A DNA stretch of 64,000 bases, taken from NCBI GenBank assembly GCA_965183885.1, contig OZ238992.1, positions 1,211,159 to 1,275,158 on the forward strand, read 5' to 3'. The position numbers and the translations under genes were made by a program. Positions 29,259 through 40,735 of the stretch are shown here, piece after piece. Every line of letters begins with the position of its first letter. The stretch's first letter is position 1. The notes beneath the pieces were generated by a model. That model was not told the DNA's origin and searched no databases. It was given only the letters and a program-made list of their open reading frames with translations. This DNA is from Flavobacteriales bacterium. GTDB lineage: Bacteria > Bacteroidota > Bacteroidia > Flavobacteriales > BACL11.

Positions 29259-30344
29259 ATGGCAAAAAAAATTATTACTAAGAAGTCTGAAGATTTTTTA
29301 GAGAAATATTTAAATAATCCATCACCTACAGGTTTTGAGAGTGGTGGTCAAAAGATGTGGTTAGATTATATAAAACCCTATATTGATGAGCACTTTGTAG
29401 ATACTTACGGAACAGTAGTTGGGGTAATAAATCCTGAAGCAAAATATAAAGTTGTTATAGAGGCTCATGCCGATGAGATCTCTTGGTTTGTACATTATAT
29501 TACTAAAGATGGATTTATCTATTTAAGAAGAAATGGAGGTTCTGATCATCAAATTGCACCATCAAAAAGAGTAAATATCCATACTAAAAAAGGAATGGTA
29601 AAAGCTGTATTTGGTTGGCCAGCGATTCATACTAGAAGTGGAGCAACTGAAAAAGCACCTAAATTAGATAATATCTTTTTAGATTGTGGAGCAAAAGATA
29701 AAGAGGAGGTAGAGAAACTAGGAATTCATGTAGGTTGTGTGGTTACTTATGAGGATGAGTTTATGATCTTGAATAAGAACTTTTATGTAGGTAGGGCTTT
29801 GGATAATCGTATTGGAGGGTTTATGATTGCTGAGGTTGCACGTTTACTAAAAGAGAATAAAGTAAAGTTGCCTTTTGGTTTATATATTACAAATTCTGTA
29901 CAGGAAGAAGTTGGGCTTAGAGGTGCACAAATGATTGTGGATACTATAAAGCCTGATGTTGCTATAGTAACAGATGTGTGCCACGATACAGGAACACCTA
30001 TGATTGATAAAATTAAGCAAGGAGATACTAAGTGTGGAGCTGGTCCTGTTTTAACTTATGGTCCTGCTGTGCAGAATAATTTATTAGATTTAATAATGAC
30101 TACTGCCGAGAAGAATAAAATCCCTTTCCAAAGAGCTGCAGCTTCTCGTGCTACTGGTACAGATACAGATGCTTTTGCTTATTCAACTGGAGGGGTAGCT
30201 TCATCATTAATTTCTTTAGCATTAAGATATATGCATACTACAGTAGAAAGTGTACATAAAGATGATGTTGAGAATGTAATTCGATTAATTTATGAATCAT
30301 TACAGAAGATTAAAAACAATCACGATTTCAGATATTTGAAATAA
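29259..30344 (+). CDS. M42 family metallopeptidase (glutamyl aminopeptidase/endoglucanase-like)
   Basis: NNPSPTGFE, AHADEI, ALDNRIGG and QEEVGLRGA are M42 motifs. Confidence 0.85.
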   Translation: MAKKIITKKSEDFLEKYLNNPSPTGFESGGQKMWLDYIKPYIDEHFVDTYGTVVGVINPEAKYKVVIEAHADEISWFVHYITKDGFIYLRRNGGSDHQIAPSKRVNIHTKKGMVKAVFGWPAIHTRSGATEKAPKLDNIFLDCGAKDKEEVEKLGIHVGCVVTYEDEFMILNKNFYVGRALDNRIGGFMIAEVARLLKENKVKLPFGLYITNSVQEEVGLRGAQMIVDTIKPDVAIVTDVCHDTGTPMIDKIKQGDTKCGAGPVLTYGPAVQNNLLDLIMTTAEKNKIPFQRAAASRATGTDTDAFAYSTGGVASSLISLALRYMHTTVESVHKDDVENVIRLIYESLQKIKNNHDFRYLK

Positions 30345-30349
30345 GAATT

Positions 30350-30375
30350 AAGGAGCCAATCGGCTCCTTTTTTTA
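30350..30375 (+). terminator. intrinsic terminator after the M42 peptidase gene
   Basis: Stem AAGGAGCC/GGCTCCTT with loop AATC, followed by a T run. Confidence 0.7.
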
Positions 30376-30423
30376 TCAAATCTTTTTCGTATATTTGAGT
30401 TTCTAATTTAAAACAGATATAAA

Positions 30424-31344
30424 ATGGATGCAGGAATTAACTTTGGGAATGTAGTATATATTATTATTGGACTTTTTTTATTGAGAGGGACGCTTTATAT
30501 GGTAAAACAGAAGACAGCTGTTGTTATTGAGCGTTTAGGAAAGTTTCAGAAGGTTTCAAAGGCAGGGTTACACCTTAAAATTCCAATTATAGACCGTATA
30601 GCTGGAGATGTAAATTTAAGGGTAAGAGAATTGCCAGTTGAGGTGGAAACAAAAACTAAGGATGATGTATTTGTTAAGGTAGTAGTTTCAGTTCAGTTTT
30701 TTGTAGTAGATACTGCTGAAGGGGTTATGGATTCATTTTATAAGTTGAATAGTCCTGAGCGTCAAATACAATCTTATGTATTTGATTCTATTCGTTCGGA
30801 AGTGCCAATGATGGAGTTGGATGAGGTATTTGCAGAAAAAGATAAAATTGCAATTGCTGTTAAAAATGAGCTTTCAGAAACAATGCAGCAGTTTGGTTTT
30901 GACTTTATAAAAGCCCTAGTTACAGATATTGACCCTGATGCTAAAGTGAAACATTCTATGAATGAGATTAATGCTGCTAAGCGTATGAAAGAAGCTGCAA
31001 GGGAGGAAGCTGAAGCAGAGAAAATTAGAGTAGTAGCAGCAGCTGAGGCTGATGCTGAGAGTAAACGATTAGCAGGGGAAGGAATAGCCCTACAAAGAAT
31101 TGCTATTGCTAATGGTCTAAAAGAGTCTGTTGAGGAAGTAAAACAAGCTATGGAGGACCATGTCTCGAGCCAAGATGTAATGAATATGTTATTTATGACA
31201 CAGCACTATGAAACGGTTTCTAAACTAGGAGAGAATAATACGAGTACTATATTTATGCCTTACTCTCCTGATAATGTAGGAGACTTACAAATGCAAATAC
31301 AAAGTAGCCTATTGGCTGTAGATGCTGTGAAAAAGAAGAAGTAG
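30424..31344 (+). CDS. SPFH/band 7 domain protein
   Basis: N-terminal TM segment, an SPFH core (VIERLGKF...) and an Ala/Glu-rich coiled-coil tail. Confidence 0.85.
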   Translation: MDAGINFGNVVYIIIGLFLLRGTLYMVKQKTAVVIERLGKFQKVSKAGLHLKIPIIDRIAGDVNLRVRELPVEVETKTKDDVFVKVVVSVQFFVVDTAEGVMDSFYKLNSPERQIQSYVFDSIRSEVPMMELDEVFAEKDKIAIAVKNELSETMQQFGFDFIKALVTDIDPDAKVKHSMNEINAAKRMKEAAREEAEAEKIRVVAAAEADAESKRLAGEGIALQRIAIANGLKESVEEVKQAMEDHVSSQDVMNMLFMTQHYETVSKLGENNTSTIFMPYSPDNVGDLQMQIQSSLLAVDAVKKKK

Positions 31345-31920
31345 TTAACTTCTTAACTCCTTATGCCTAAAACATTCAGTAGTATGGTCGTTAACCATGC
31401 CCATAGCTTGCATGTGTGCATAAACAATAGTTGACCCTACAAACTTAAAACCTCTACTTTTTAGGTCTTTAGATATCTTGTCAGATAAAGGAGTGTTGGC
31501 AGGCATCTTGCTCATTGAACTAAAGTTATTTTGTATTGGTATTCCATCAACAAAATCCCAAAGGTATTTACTAAAAGTTCCAAATTCTTGCTGTACAGCT
31601 ATAAAAGCAATTGCATTTGTTTTAGCTGCTTTTATCTTTAATCGATTTCGGATAATGCCTGCATCTTGCTTTAATGCTTCCAGCTTACTTTCAGAATAAT
31701 TGGCGATTTTTTGATAATTAAAATTATCAAAAGCAGTACGAAAATTTTCTCTTCTTCTTAATATAGTAATCCAATTTAATCCTGCCTGAAAGGTTTCTAA
31801 GAGTAAAAATTCAAAGATTTTGGTATCATCATAAACAGGAACTCCCCATTCAGTATCGTGGTACTTAATGTAGAGCTCATCATCTTTGGGCCAGTCACAT
31901 CTTTTTATTTCCCGTGACAC
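31345..31920 (-). CDS. tag: DNA-3-methyladenine glycosylase I
   Basis: [20 protein letters not shown] and [15 protein letters not shown] are canonical Tag motifs. It overlaps the secA 3' end by 16 nt. Confidence 0.9.
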   Translation of the reverse strand: MSREIKRCDWPKDDELYIKYHDTEWGVPVYDDTKIFEFLLLETFQAGLNWITILRRRENFRTAFDNFNYQKIANYSESKLEALKQDAGIIRNRLKIKAAKTNAIAFIAVQQEFGTFSKYLWDFVDGIPIQNNFSSMSKMPANTPLSDKISKDLKSRGFKFVGSTIVYAHMQAMGMVNDHTTECFRHKELRS

Positions 31921-34900
31921 TTTTTATATTTTTTACCACTCCCACAAGGACAAGGAGCATTACGCTCTACTTTCTCCTCAGCTCTTACTGGTTGTGCTTT
32001 TGGCTTTGGTTTTCCACCTTCTTGTGGAGGAGTATTTCCTACATCTTCTGGTCGGCTAGTTTGATGGTTCTCAGCTCTGTGCTTATCTTCTTGTACTGAT
32101 GATTGTGAAGGTAAACCTGCTTTTATTAAGAAAGAGATAATATCCTTATTGATTTTATCAATCAAGGCTTTAAATAAATTAAAAGACTCAAATTTATAAA
32201 TTAATAGAGGATCTTTCTGTTCGTAAACAGCATTCTGTACAGATTGCTTTAAGTCATCCATTTCTCTTAAATGTTCTTTCCAAATATCGTCAATAATAGC
32301 AAGTGTTACACTTTTTTCTATTGCTTCAGCAATATTTTCACCTTCTGACTCATGCGCTTCTTTAAGGTTGGTAACTATTTGTAAAGTCTTTAGTCCGTCA
32401 GTAAAAGGAATTACAATGTTTTCATAGGTTGCTGATTGGTTTTCAAAAACATCTTTAATTACTGGGTATGCTTGCTTAGCTATTGCAGTTGATTTTGCTT
32501 TATAACTTGTATAGCAGTTAGCATATACTTTTTCAGTTAAAGTACCTATAGGACTATCTTTAAACTCTTCCTCGCTTACTGGAGATTCTGTAGCTAGTAA
32601 ACGAATAAGTTCTAATTTAAAATTCTCATAATCTTTTGATCCATGTAATTCTTCAACAATACTTTCACAAGTATCATAAATCATATTAGCAACGTCTAAT
32701 GATAGGCGTTCTCCATGTAATGCATGCCTTCTTTTTTTGTAAATCACCTCTCTTTGTTGGTTCATTACATCATCATATTCTAATAATCGTTTTCTTACTC
32801 CAAAGTTATTTTCTTCTACTTTTTTTTGAGCACGTTCAATGGATTTACTTACCATAGAATGTTGAATTACTTCACCTTCTTCTAAGCCCATTCTATCCAT
32901 AAGTTTTGCAATCCTTTCTGAACCGAAAAGTCGCATCAATTTATCTTCAAGAGAAACATAGAATTGAGAAGAACCAGGATCACCCTGCCTTCCTGAACGT
33001 CCTCTTAACTGTCTATCAACCCTTCTGGAATCATGCCTTTCAGTTCCTATGATTGCTAAACCTCCAGCTTTTTTTACTTCTTCTGAAAGTTTAATATCTG
33101 TACCCCTACCAGCCATATTGGTAGCAATAGTTACTGCTGCAGCCTTTCCAGCTTCAGCTACAATATCAGCTTCTCTTTGATGCATTTTTGCATTAAGTAC
33201 ATTGTGTTTTATTCCTCTTCTTCTAAGGATAGTACTTAATAGCTCAGATATCTCAACAGAAGTTGTTCCTACCAATACAGGTCTCCCTTGTTCAGTAAGT
33301 TTAGCGATATCTTCAATTACAGCATTATACTTTTCCCTATTGGTTTTGTATACTAAATCATCTTTGTCATCCCTTTGGATAGGACGATTAGTTGGAATTG
33401 CAACAACATCTAGCTTGTAAATTTCCCAGAACTCTCCTGCTTCAGTTTCTGCAGTACCTGTCATTCCAGATATCTTATTGTACATTCTGAAATAATTTTG
33501 CAGTGTAACAGTAGCATAGGTTTGAGTAGCAGCTTCAATTTTTACATTTTCTTTTGCCTCAATAGCTTGGTGTAGTCCATCAGAATATCTTCTTCCATCC
33601 ATGATACGACCAGTCTGCTCATCAACAATTTTCACTTTATTATCCATCACAACATACTCTACATCTTTTTCAAATAATGTATAAGCTTTTAGCAGTTGAT
33701 TTATGGTGTGGATACGTTCACTTTTAACTCCAAAGTCTCTTAATAGGATATCTTTCTTACTTGCCTTTTCAGTATCACTTTCAGTTGATTTATCAATAAT
33801 AGCAATTTCTGCTCCAACATCAGGTAGTATAAAAAAGTCCTTATTTTCAGTCGAGCTTGTCATTAGCTCTAATCCTTTCTCAGTAAGTTCAATAGAGTTT
33901 GATTTTTCATCAATTACAAAGTAAAGAGCTTCATCTACTAAATGCATTTCTTTGTTTTGATCCTGCATGTAATAATTCTCAGTTTTTTGCAGTTGAATTT
34001 TAACTCCTTCTTCACTAAGATATTTAATTAAGGCTTTGTTTCTAGGAAGTCCTCTAAATGCTCTTAGTAAATTAAATCCTCCATCCTTATTATTGCCTTC
34101 AGTAATTAGTTTTTTAGCATCAGCAAGTATTGTAGTTACATATTTTTTTTGGGCAGCTACTAATTGATCTACTTTATGCTTAAATTCATTGTACTCATGT
34201 TTATCTCCTTGAGGAGTTGGCCCTGAGATAATTAAGGGTGTACGAGCATCATCAATTAAAACAGAATCTACTTCATCAACAATAGAGTAATGTAATTTTC
34301 TTTGTACTAAATCCCCTGGTCGTTTAGCCATGTTATCTCTTAGATAATCAAATCCAAACTCATTATTTGTACCATAAGTAATATCAGCTAAATAGGCTTT
34401 TCTTCTTTCATCAGAATTAGGTTGATGATTGTCAATACAATCAATGCTTAATCCATGGAACTGGAATAAAGGTCCCATCCACTGTGCATCCCTTTTTGCT
34501 AAATAATTATTTACAGTTACAAGGTGTACCCCTAATCCTGTTAATGCATTAAGGTATATTGGTAAAGTAGCCGAAAGTGTTTTCCCCTCTCCAGTATGCA
34601 TCTCCGCAATTTTTCCCTGGTGCAAAACAACACCACCAATTAACTGAACATCATAATGTATCATGTCCCAAACAATCTCAGTACCTGCAGCGTCCCACGA
34701 TGTTTTATAGTTAGCATTTTCACCATCAATGCTTACAAAATCTTTTAAGGCAGCAAGTTCTCTATCATTCTCACTTGCACTAACTGTTAAGTCTTCATTT
34801 TCAGTAAATCTTCTTGCAGTTTCTTTTACTACAGCAAAGGCTTGAGGGAGAATAGTATCTAAGACGTTTTCAATTTTAGTAATTATAGTTGCTTCTAAGG

Positions 34901-35177
34901 CATCAATATCCTTATAGATACTTTCTTTTTTATCTGTTGAAGTTTCTTTTTTATTAGCTTCTGTTTTTAGGTCTTTAATCTGATTCCTTTCATCAGCAAC
35001 AAAAGCATTTATTTCCGCTTTAAGGTAAGTAGTTTTTGCTCTTAATTCATCATTACTAAGTGAAGATAGTTTAGCATACTCTTCATTAATTTCTTTAATT
35101 ATAGGAGTAATCTCCTTTACATCTTTATCATATTTGTTTCCAAATAATTTGCTGATAATATTTAATAGTCCTGCCAT
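31905..35177 (-). CDS. secA: preprotein translocase ATPase SecA
   Basis: 1090 aa. DEAD-like motor motifs ([40 protein letters not shown]) and a C-terminal zinc-binding [14 protein letters not shown]. Confidence 0.97.
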   Translation of the reverse strand: MAGLLNIISKLFGNKYDKDVKEITPIIKEINEEYAKLSSLSNDELRAKTTYLKAEINAFVADERNQIKDLKTEANKKETSTDKKESIYKDIDALEATIITKIENVLDTILPQAFAVVKETARRFTENEDLTVSASENDRELAALKDFVSIDGENANYKTSWDAAGTEIVWDMIHYDVQLIGGVVLHQGKIAEMHTGEGKTLSATLPIYLNALTGLGVHLVTVNNYLAKRDAQWMGPLFQFHGLSIDCIDNHQPNSDERRKAYLADITYGTNNEFGFDYLRDNMAKRPGDLVQRKLHYSIVDEVDSVLIDDARTPLIISGPTPQGDKHEYNEFKHKVDQLVAAQKKYVTTILADAKKLITEGNNKDGGFNLLRAFRGLPRNKALIKYLSEEGVKIQLQKTENYYMQDQNKEMHLVDEALYFVIDEKSNSIELTEKGLELMTSSTENKDFFILPDVGAEIAIIDKSTESDTEKASKKDILLRDFGVKSERIHTINQLLKAYTLFEKDVEYVVMDNKVKIVDEQTGRIMDGRRYSDGLHQAIEAKENVKIEAATQTYATVTLQNYFRMYNKISGMTGTAETEAGEFWEIYKLDVVAIPTNRPIQRDDKDDLVYKTNREKYNAVIEDIAKLTEQGRPVLVGTTSVEISELLSTILRRRGIKHNVLNAKMHQREADIVAEAGKAAAVTIATNMAGRGTDIKLSEEVKKAGGLAIIGTERHDSRRVDRQLRGRSGRQGDPGSSQFYVSLEDKLMRLFGSERIAKLMDRMGLEEGEVIQHSMVSKSIERAQKKVEENNFGVRKRLLEYDDVMNQQREVIYKKRRHALHGERLSLDVANMIYDTCESIVEELHGSKDYENFKLELIRLLATESPVSEEEFKDSPIGTLTEKVYANCYTSYKAKSTAIAKQAYPVIKDVFENQSATYENIVIPFTDGLKTLQIVTNLKEAHESEGENIAEAIEKSVTLAIIDDIWKEHLREMDDLKQSVQNAVYEQKDPLLIYKFESFNLFKALIDKINKDIISFLIKAGLPSQSSVQEDKHRAENHQTSRPEDVGNTPPQEGGKPKPKAQPVRAEEKVERNAPCPCGSGKKYKKCHGK

Positions 35178-35232
35178 GTATGTTATTTTATAAGAGGAAC
35201 AAATGTACTTTTATTAGGAGAGTATACAAAAT

Positions 35233-35261
35233 AAAAAAAGGTCGAATTCGACCTTTTTTTT
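35233..35261. terminator. bidirectional hairpin terminator (downstream of the DUF2795 gene on the minus strand)
   Basis: Palindrome GGTCGAATTCGACC at 35240..35253, flanked by an A run and a T run. Confidence 0.7.
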
Positions 35262-35487
35262 AATATTCATCTTCATTAAAGAAGAAGTCTTCTTTTGTAG
35301 GATAATCGGGCCAAATATCTTCAATAGTATCCCATTGCATTCCAGGCTCTTCTTCAACTAAATCTTGTAGGTTTTCTACCACTTCCATTGGAGCTCCTGA
35401 ACGGATTGCAAAATCAATCAACTCATCTTTTGTCGCTGGCCATGGTGCATCTTCTAGTTTTGATGCTAATTCTAAAGTCCAATACAT
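35260..35487 (-). CDS. DUF2795-like small acidic protein
   Basis: 75 aa. WPATKDELIDFAIRSGAPMEVVENL resembles DUF2795. Family recall only. Confidence 0.55.
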   Translation of the reverse strand: MYWTLELASKLEDAPWPATKDELIDFAIRSGAPMEVVENLQDLVEEEPGMQWDTIEDIWPDYPTKEDFFFNEDEY

Positions 35488-35545
35488 TTTAAATTATTTT
35501 TAGTTTTGCAAAAATATATTTTTTATTGAACTGAGTACGAAATTG

Positions 35546-36091
35546 TTAATCTTTTTGCCATTCAACCTCCAAAGCATTATTTTCCATTAGAATTGTTCTA
35601 GCTAAAACAAATAAATAATCGGATAATCGATTGAGGTATTGCAAATGTAGTTGGTCAATTTTTTCATTAAAAGAAAGTGCTACTAAGTTGCGCTCAGCCC
35701 TGCGGCATACGGTACGGGCAATATGACATTTGGATGCTGTTGCATGTCCTGAAGGTAAGATAAATGATTTTAGAGCAGGTAATGTTTCATCTATAGTATC
35801 TATTGCTTTTTCTAGCATTTCAATGTTATTGCTAGTGATATTGGGCAATTTAATACTTTCTTTTTTTCCATCGAAAGCAATAATAGAACCTAAATTAAAA
35901 AGCTGATTTTGGATATTGAGCAGTATTGCTTTATGTGTAGCAGCGATATTTTGGTCATAAATATTTCCAATAAAAGCATTTAGTTCATCAATAGTTCCAT
36001 AACATTCTAGCTTAATATGGTTTTTGTTCACCATACTTCCTCCTAAGAGTTGTGTTTTTCCTTTGTCTCCTTTTTTAGTATATACTTTCAT
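35546..36091 (-). CDS. PduO-type ATP:cob(I)alamin adenosyltransferase
   Basis: MKVYTKKGDKGKT, the ECYGTIDELNA motif, and RTVCRRAER. Confidence 0.85.
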   Translation of the reverse strand: MKVYTKKGDKGKTQLLGGSMVNKNHIKLECYGTIDELNAFIGNIYDQNIAATHKAILLNIQNQLFNLGSIIAFDGKKESIKLPNITSNNIEMLEKAIDTIDETLPALKSFILPSGHATASKCHIARTVCRRAERNLVALSFNEKIDQLHLQYLNRLSDYLFVLARTILMENNALEVEWQKD

Positions 36092-36093
36092 AA

Positions 36094-36912
36094 TTAGTAG
36101 CGTATTGTAAAGTGTTCTTTGCTTAGTTCTGACTTAATAAAAATGATGCCCACAAAAAATAAATCAATAGATAAGGTAGTCTTAGGGTGTGCTTTAATAT
36201 GTTTCCAAGCAGCTTCCATTCCGTTGGACCAATGGATGTCATCAAAGATAAAAATAGTATCATTATTTGCGTATTTTAAACATTCTTCAAAATACTGTTT
36301 AGTAGGTTCTTCTTGGTGGTTTCCATCAATAAAAGCCAAATCTATAGTTTTAATTTCAGTGAGTTTTTTAGCTAGTGTAAGATTAAAATCACCTAGGGCT
36401 ATTGCGGTATTATTTATGTTAAGTTTGTCAAAATTTTTCTGAGCAATTTTTGCAGTTTCAGGACAGCCTTCAAAAGTATAAACTGTACCTTTTGGGTTTC
36501 CACTAGCAATATATGCTGTGCTAATTCCTAATGAGGTTCCAAGCTCTATGCTGTTTTTAGGTTTGTACTGTTTAACTATACGGTAGAGAAGTTTTCCAAA
36601 TTTAGAATTTTTTGCAGAATTTTTTGCAATATCCTTTACGGTTCTTGTTTTGGAATTGTTGATGCTACTTCCTGCGCCAAAATCAGTAATCTGTATTTGC
36701 TGTTCTGAGCTGCATAATTCCTTTCGTAGTTGTTCAATTTTCTTACAATGCTCGTCTTTATTTTTAGGGTTAATCACTTCAGTTATAAAATGATAAAGAA
36801 ATGGGGCATGAGCGGCATGCTTGCTTTTTGCAGTAAAAAAATAACGGATATACCTAATAATAAATTGAATTGCCTTCATGGGGCTAAAATACATTTTTAA
36901 TTTTGCAAACAA
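36094..36912 (-). CDS. class I SAM-dependent (O-)methyltransferase
   Basis: IELGTSLGIST is a SAM motif, and LAFIDGNH plus IFDDIHW resemble Methyltransf_24/OMT family 3. The true start is possibly an internal Met (Met7 or Met12). Confidence 0.7.
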   Translation of the reverse strand: MFAKLKMYFSPMKAIQFIIRYIRYFFTAKSKHAAHAPFLYHFITEVINPKNKDEHCKKIEQLRKELCSSEQQIQITDFGAGSSINNSKTRTVKDIAKNSAKNSKFGKLLYRIVKQYKPKNSIELGTSLGISTAYIASGNPKGTVYTFEGCPETAKIAQKNFDKLNINNTAIALGDFNLTLAKKLTEIKTIDLAFIDGNHQEEPTKQYFEECLKYANNDTIFIFDDIHWSNGMEAAWKHIKAHPKTTLSIDLFFVGIIFIKSELSKEHFTIRY

Positions 36913-38009
36913 TTATGAAGAATTGGTTTCGTATTGCGTGGTTGAATTTTATTGTTCTTGCTTTAGCAGGGGTAGTGTTGCGTTTATTTCCTTTTGTTTC
37001 TTTATCAGGAATTAATTTCTCTTTTCTTGTTCATGCACATTCGCATATTGCGTTATTAGGCTGGTTGTATAATGGGATATTGTTACTAGTTGTGCATTAT
37101 TATTTTAGGCCATACTTTGGTGAACTTAAAGGAATGCTAATTGCATATCAGCTTAATATTATGTTAATGTTTATTGCCTTTACAATTCAGGGTTATGGTT
37201 TTTATGCAATTTTATTCTCGTCAATACAAATTATATTGAGTTATGGAATTGTGATTAAGCTTATAAGTATTAAAAAACAAAATAAGCTTGTTGTACCTCA
37301 TGCGATTAATATTGCAACTTTATTTTTTCTTGGCACTTCTTTTCTCCCATTCTTAGTTGCTGTTTTTAAAGTCTTAGGTTTATTTGCTGAGCATCAAAAA
37401 AGTTTAGTAAATGTTTATTTGTATTTGCAAACTAGTGGCTTTATGCTATTTGCAATTTTAGGATTGGTACTTACAGCTTTAAAAGTGAAAGATAAAGTAT
37501 TTGTAAAATCATTAAATTACATTGCTTTAACAGTATTTGTTTTGTTGATATTAGACTTAGGAATTACAGATCTACTGTTGGTAAAGGCATTCATTTTTAT
37601 TGTAAGTCTTATTCAACTTTTTTGGATATTGAAGCTTAGAAAAATAGTGACAACTAATCTTATTTTTAAGTTATTGCTTTTTACTCTAGTGCTTAAAAGT
37701 ATAGTGCAATTAATGGTATTGCATCCTGATTTTCAGTTATGGATGCATAACAGATCTTTTGTCTTGGCTTACCTCCATGCTTTATTATTGGTAATGTTCT
37801 CAATTGCTTTGTGGCAGTTATTTATTGAAAGTAAATTTCTAGCGAAGAATAACTTTAAGTATGTTGTTTTTAGCTTGGGTGCAGTAGGAACCGTTTTGGT
37901 TTTAAGTATGCAGGGTTTTAGTCTGTTATCTTCTTCAATTCTGGAGTTACTTATTTTAGGTGTATTGATGTTTGTTGCATTACTGCTTTCAGTCTCAGAT
38001 ATTAAATAG
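36903..38009 (+). CDS. polytopic membrane protein, unknown function
   Basis: 368 aa, almost entirely hydrophobic (about 10-12 TM segments). The His cluster HAHSHIALLGW is the only notable motif. An alternative start is Met5 (36915). Confidence 0.5.
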   Translation: MQTIMKNWFRIAWLNFIVLALAGVVLRLFPFVSLSGINFSFLVHAHSHIALLGWLYNGILLLVVHYYFRPYFGELKGMLIAYQLNIMLMFIAFTIQGYGFYAILFSSIQIILSYGIVIKLISIKKQNKLVVPHAINIATLFFLGTSFLPFLVAVFKVLGLFAEHQKSLVNVYLYLQTSGFMLFAILGLVLTALKVKDKVFVKSLNYIALTVFVLLILDLGITDLLLVKAFIFIVSLIQLFWILKLRKIVTTNLIFKLLLFTLVLKSIVQLMVLHPDFQLWMHNRSFVLAYLHALLLVMFSIALWQLFIESKFLAKNNFKYVVFSLGAVGTVLVLSMQGFSLLSSSILELLILGVLMFVALLLSVSDIK

Positions 38010-38334
38010 CACAATTAACACAATGTTTGCTGTGGGGTCTTATCATTAACCTTCCAAAAGGAATTGCTTGCTTACATTTAATGCAAGTTCCAAAATCGGT
38101 ATCCGTAATTTTACTTTGCATCAGCAGTAGTTGTTGCATCTTGTTTTTAGCTGTATTGAGAGCAGCTTCTACTACGCTTTTGTTATTTATAGCATCCATT
38201 CTGGAAACTCTTCCGATAGCATTTTCAGGAGCTATGGGTTTACAGAGTTCAGTATATTCCTCAATTTTATCTTGAGTGCTAGCAATCTCAGTAGCTAGTA
38301 TGGTGCTTATTTTTTCAATTTGCTTTTTGTCCAT
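38002..38334 (-). CDS. DksA/TraR family C4-type zinc-finger protein
   Basis: 110 aa with a coiled-coil N-terminus and CIKCKQAIPFGRLMIRPHSKHCVNC (CxxC-N17-CxxC). Confidence 0.75.
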   Translation of the reverse strand: MDKKQIEKISTILATEIASTQDKIEEYTELCKPIAPENAIGRVSRMDAINNKSVVEAALNTAKNKMQQLLLMQSKITDTDFGTCIKCKQAIPFGRLMIRPHSKHCVNCAI

Positions 38335-38372
38335 TGCTACAAATGTATGGTTTTTTAATGTATTTTTGCATT

Positions 38373-39338
38373 ATGATAGTAGTTACAGGAGCAGCAGGTT
38401 TTATAGGGTCGTGTTTAGTAAGTAAGTTAAATAGCTTAGGAAATACTAATTTGATTTTGGTTGATGATTTTTCTTTTATTCAAAAGAATAAGAATCTTGA
38501 AGGAAAACAATTCTATGAAAAGATTGAAAGAACAATTTTTGTTGATTGGCTAATAATTAATGCTAACAAGGTTGAGGCTGTTTATCATATTGGGGCACGA
38601 ACTGATACCACAGAGTTTGATGTTGAGATTTTTGATACTTTGAACTTAAATTATTCTAAAAGTTTATGGGAGTTATGTACTCAGCATAATATTCCTTTTG
38701 TTTATGCTTCTTCAGCTGCTACTTATGGTATGGGAGAGCATGGTTTTGATGATAAGCATGAAATAGTGGAGCATCTAAAACCTCTTAATCCTTATGGGGA
38801 TTCAAAAAATGATTTTGATAAGTGGGCATTACAGCAAGAAAAAGCACCTCCTTTTTGGGCTGGGTTTAAGTTCTTTAATGTTTACGGTCCTAATGAGTTT
38901 CATAAAGGCAGAATGGCATCAGTTATTTTTCATGCTGTAAATCAGATTGAGCAAACTGGAGGGATGAAGTTATTTCGTTCTCATAATGCTGACTATAAAG
39001 ATGGTGAGCAATTGCGTGATTTTGTTTATGTAAAAGATGTAGTAGAGGTGCTTACCTTTATGATGCAAACGCAGAAGGAAAACGGGTTGTATAATTTAGG
39101 TAGTGGAAAGGCAAGAACCTTTAATGCTTTGGTAGAAGCTACTTTTACAGCTATGAACCTAAAGAGTAAAATAAGTTATATTGACACCCCTTTAGATATT
39201 AGGGATAAGTATCAGTACTATACTGAGGCTAATATGAGTAAGTTGAAAAATGTAGGTTATACTAAGAGTTTTACAAGTTTAGAAGATGGTGTGCTCGATT
39301 ATGTAAAACACTATTTGCTAGATAAGAAGTATTACTAA
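38373..39338 (+). CDS. hldD: ADP-L-glycero-D-manno-heptose 6-epimerase
   Basis: MIVVTGAAGFIGS, FVYASSAATYG, NPYGDSK and FFNVYGPNEFHKGRMASV align closely by eye with E. coli HldD. The start was moved to Met14 of tracked ORF 38334..39338. Confidence 0.85.
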   Translation: MIVVTGAAGFIGSCLVSKLNSLGNTNLILVDDFSFIQKNKNLEGKQFYEKIERTIFVDWLIINANKVEAVYHIGARTDTTEFDVEIFDTLNLNYSKSLWELCTQHNIPFVYASSAATYGMGEHGFDDKHEIVEHLKPLNPYGDSKNDFDKWALQQEKAPPFWAGFKFFNVYGPNEFHKGRMASVIFHAVNQIEQTGGMKLFRSHNADYKDGEQLRDFVYVKDVVEVLTFMMQTQKENGLYNLGSGKARTFNALVEATFTAMNLKSKISYIDTPLDIRDKYQYYTEANMSKLKNVGYTKSFTSLEDGVLDYVKHYLLDKKYY

Positions 39339-39670
39339 AGCTCTTCTCGTAGTTTTACTAAAAAGGATCTGATGTCCTTTAGGTGGTTGATAACTTCTAC
39401 TGTGTCAACAGTATCGCTTTTATTCTCTTTTAATTTTTGTTTTGCGCCTTCTAATGTAAACCCTCTTTCTTTAACTAGATGGTAGATAATAGTAAGATTC
39501 TCAACATCCTTTCTAGTAAACATTCGGTTTCCTTTCTTGTTTTTCTTTGGTTTTAGAATGTCAAATTCTTTTTCCCAAAATCGAATTAAGGAAACATTAA
39601 CATCAAACATGCTTGCTACTTCCCCAATTTTATAGAATAACTTTTCGGTAGGTTTTGCTTTGTAAGGCAT
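39335..39670 (-). CDS. MerR family transcriptional regulator
   Basis: YKIGEVASMFDVNVSLIRFWEKEF is a MerR-type HTH. Length is 111 aa. Confidence 0.8.
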   Translation of the reverse strand: MPYKAKPTEKLFYKIGEVASMFDVNVSLIRFWEKEFDILKPKKNKKGNRMFTRKDVENLTIIYHLVKERGFTLEGAKQKLKENKSDTVDTVEVINHLKDIRSFLVKLREEL

Positions 39671-40641
39671 TAGTCGAATGATTGGTTTGATTGAGAAGAT
39701 ATTTCTAACATTTTCTCATATTCCTCAGGGTTAAGGTCGTTGTAGTAGAAATTGACAGGATTTATCTTTCTTCCATCTTTATGTACCTCGTAATGTAGGT
39801 GAGGTGCTACTGAAGTTCCTGTGCTTCCAACATAACCAATCACTTCTCCTCTTTTAACTTTTTGCCCACGTCTAACAATATATTTTGTCATGTGAGCATA
39901 AAGTGTTTTATAACCATATCCATGATCAATAACTACATGATTACCATACCCTCTTCGGCTTTTTCTTACTTTAGATATTTTCCCATCACCAGTAGCATAA
40001 ATAGGAGTTCCTGTTTTTGCAGAAAAATCCATACCTGCGTGCATTTTCCTAGTTTTATACACAGGATGGATACGATAACCAAATCCGCTTGCCATTCTTT
40101 TCAAATCTTTATTAGACACAGGCTGAATAGCAGGTAATGCAGCTAGCATATCAGCTTTATTTTTTGCTAATTCAATAATATCATCATAGGATTTTGACTG
40201 GATATAAAGCTGTTTTGAAATTTGATCTATTTTTTCACTTGTATTTATAATAAGTTCAGAATTATCATATCCTTTTAAGTTTTGATAGCGATTTACTCCA
40301 CCATATCCTGCTTTTCGTATACTATTTGGTATTGGGTCTGCTTCAAAAATTACTCTATAAATATTATCATCGCGATTTTGAATGTCATCTAAAACGATTT
40401 CAACTTGCTTCATTTTATCATCTACAATAGCATATTGCTCGCTTAGCTGCTCTATCTCCCTATTCAATCTTTTCTCTTTAGGACTGTCAAAAAATTGGAA
40501 GAAAATAAGCACCATTACTAAACCTGTAAACCCACTCCCCATTAAGAAATAGAAGAAGCGTTTTAGCTTCATTAATGGACTAAGTTCAATTCGTTTGTAA
40601 CTTAGTGTTTTAGTGTCGTAATAATATTTTATTTTAGCCAT
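39670..40641 (-). CDS. M23 family metallopeptidase
   Basis: N-terminal TM segment and coiled coil. HAGMDF and GSTGTSVAPHLHYEV are LytM/M23 motifs. Confidence 0.85.
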   Translation of the reverse strand: MAKIKYYYDTKTLSYKRIELSPLMKLKRFFYFLMGSGFTGLVMVLIFFQFFDSPKEKRLNREIEQLSEQYAIVDDKMKQVEIVLDDIQNRDDNIYRVIFEADPIPNSIRKAGYGGVNRYQNLKGYDNSELIINTSEKIDQISKQLYIQSKSYDDIIELAKNKADMLAALPAIQPVSNKDLKRMASGFGYRIHPVYKTRKMHAGMDFSAKTGTPIYATGDGKISKVRKSRRGYGNHVVIDHGYGYKTLYAHMTKYIVRRGQKVKRGEVIGYVGSTGTSVAPHLHYEVHKDGRKINPVNFYYNDLNPEEYEKMLEISSQSNQSFD

Positions 40642-40735
40642 CTGAAAAAAGTTGTGGCAAATTTAAGAATTTAACATTAGATAACATCTTAAAGCTTCTT
40701 GATTTCTAACAACTTATTGTGAATTTCGAAAAAAT

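Noticed and set aside
31905-31920. 16-nt overlap between the secA stop and the tag start
   Set aside because: Both ends are supported by conserved terminal motifs (the SecA zinc-binding tail and the Tag N-terminal RC.W..D...YHD.EWG). Short same-strand overlaps are ordinary translational coupling.
36903-36912. 10-nt overlap of divergent start codons (methyltransferase on minus, membrane protein on plus)
   Set aside because: This is most likely an artefact of taking the longest ORFs. Internal Met codons (Met7 or Met12 on minus, Met5 at 36915 on plus) remove the overlap.
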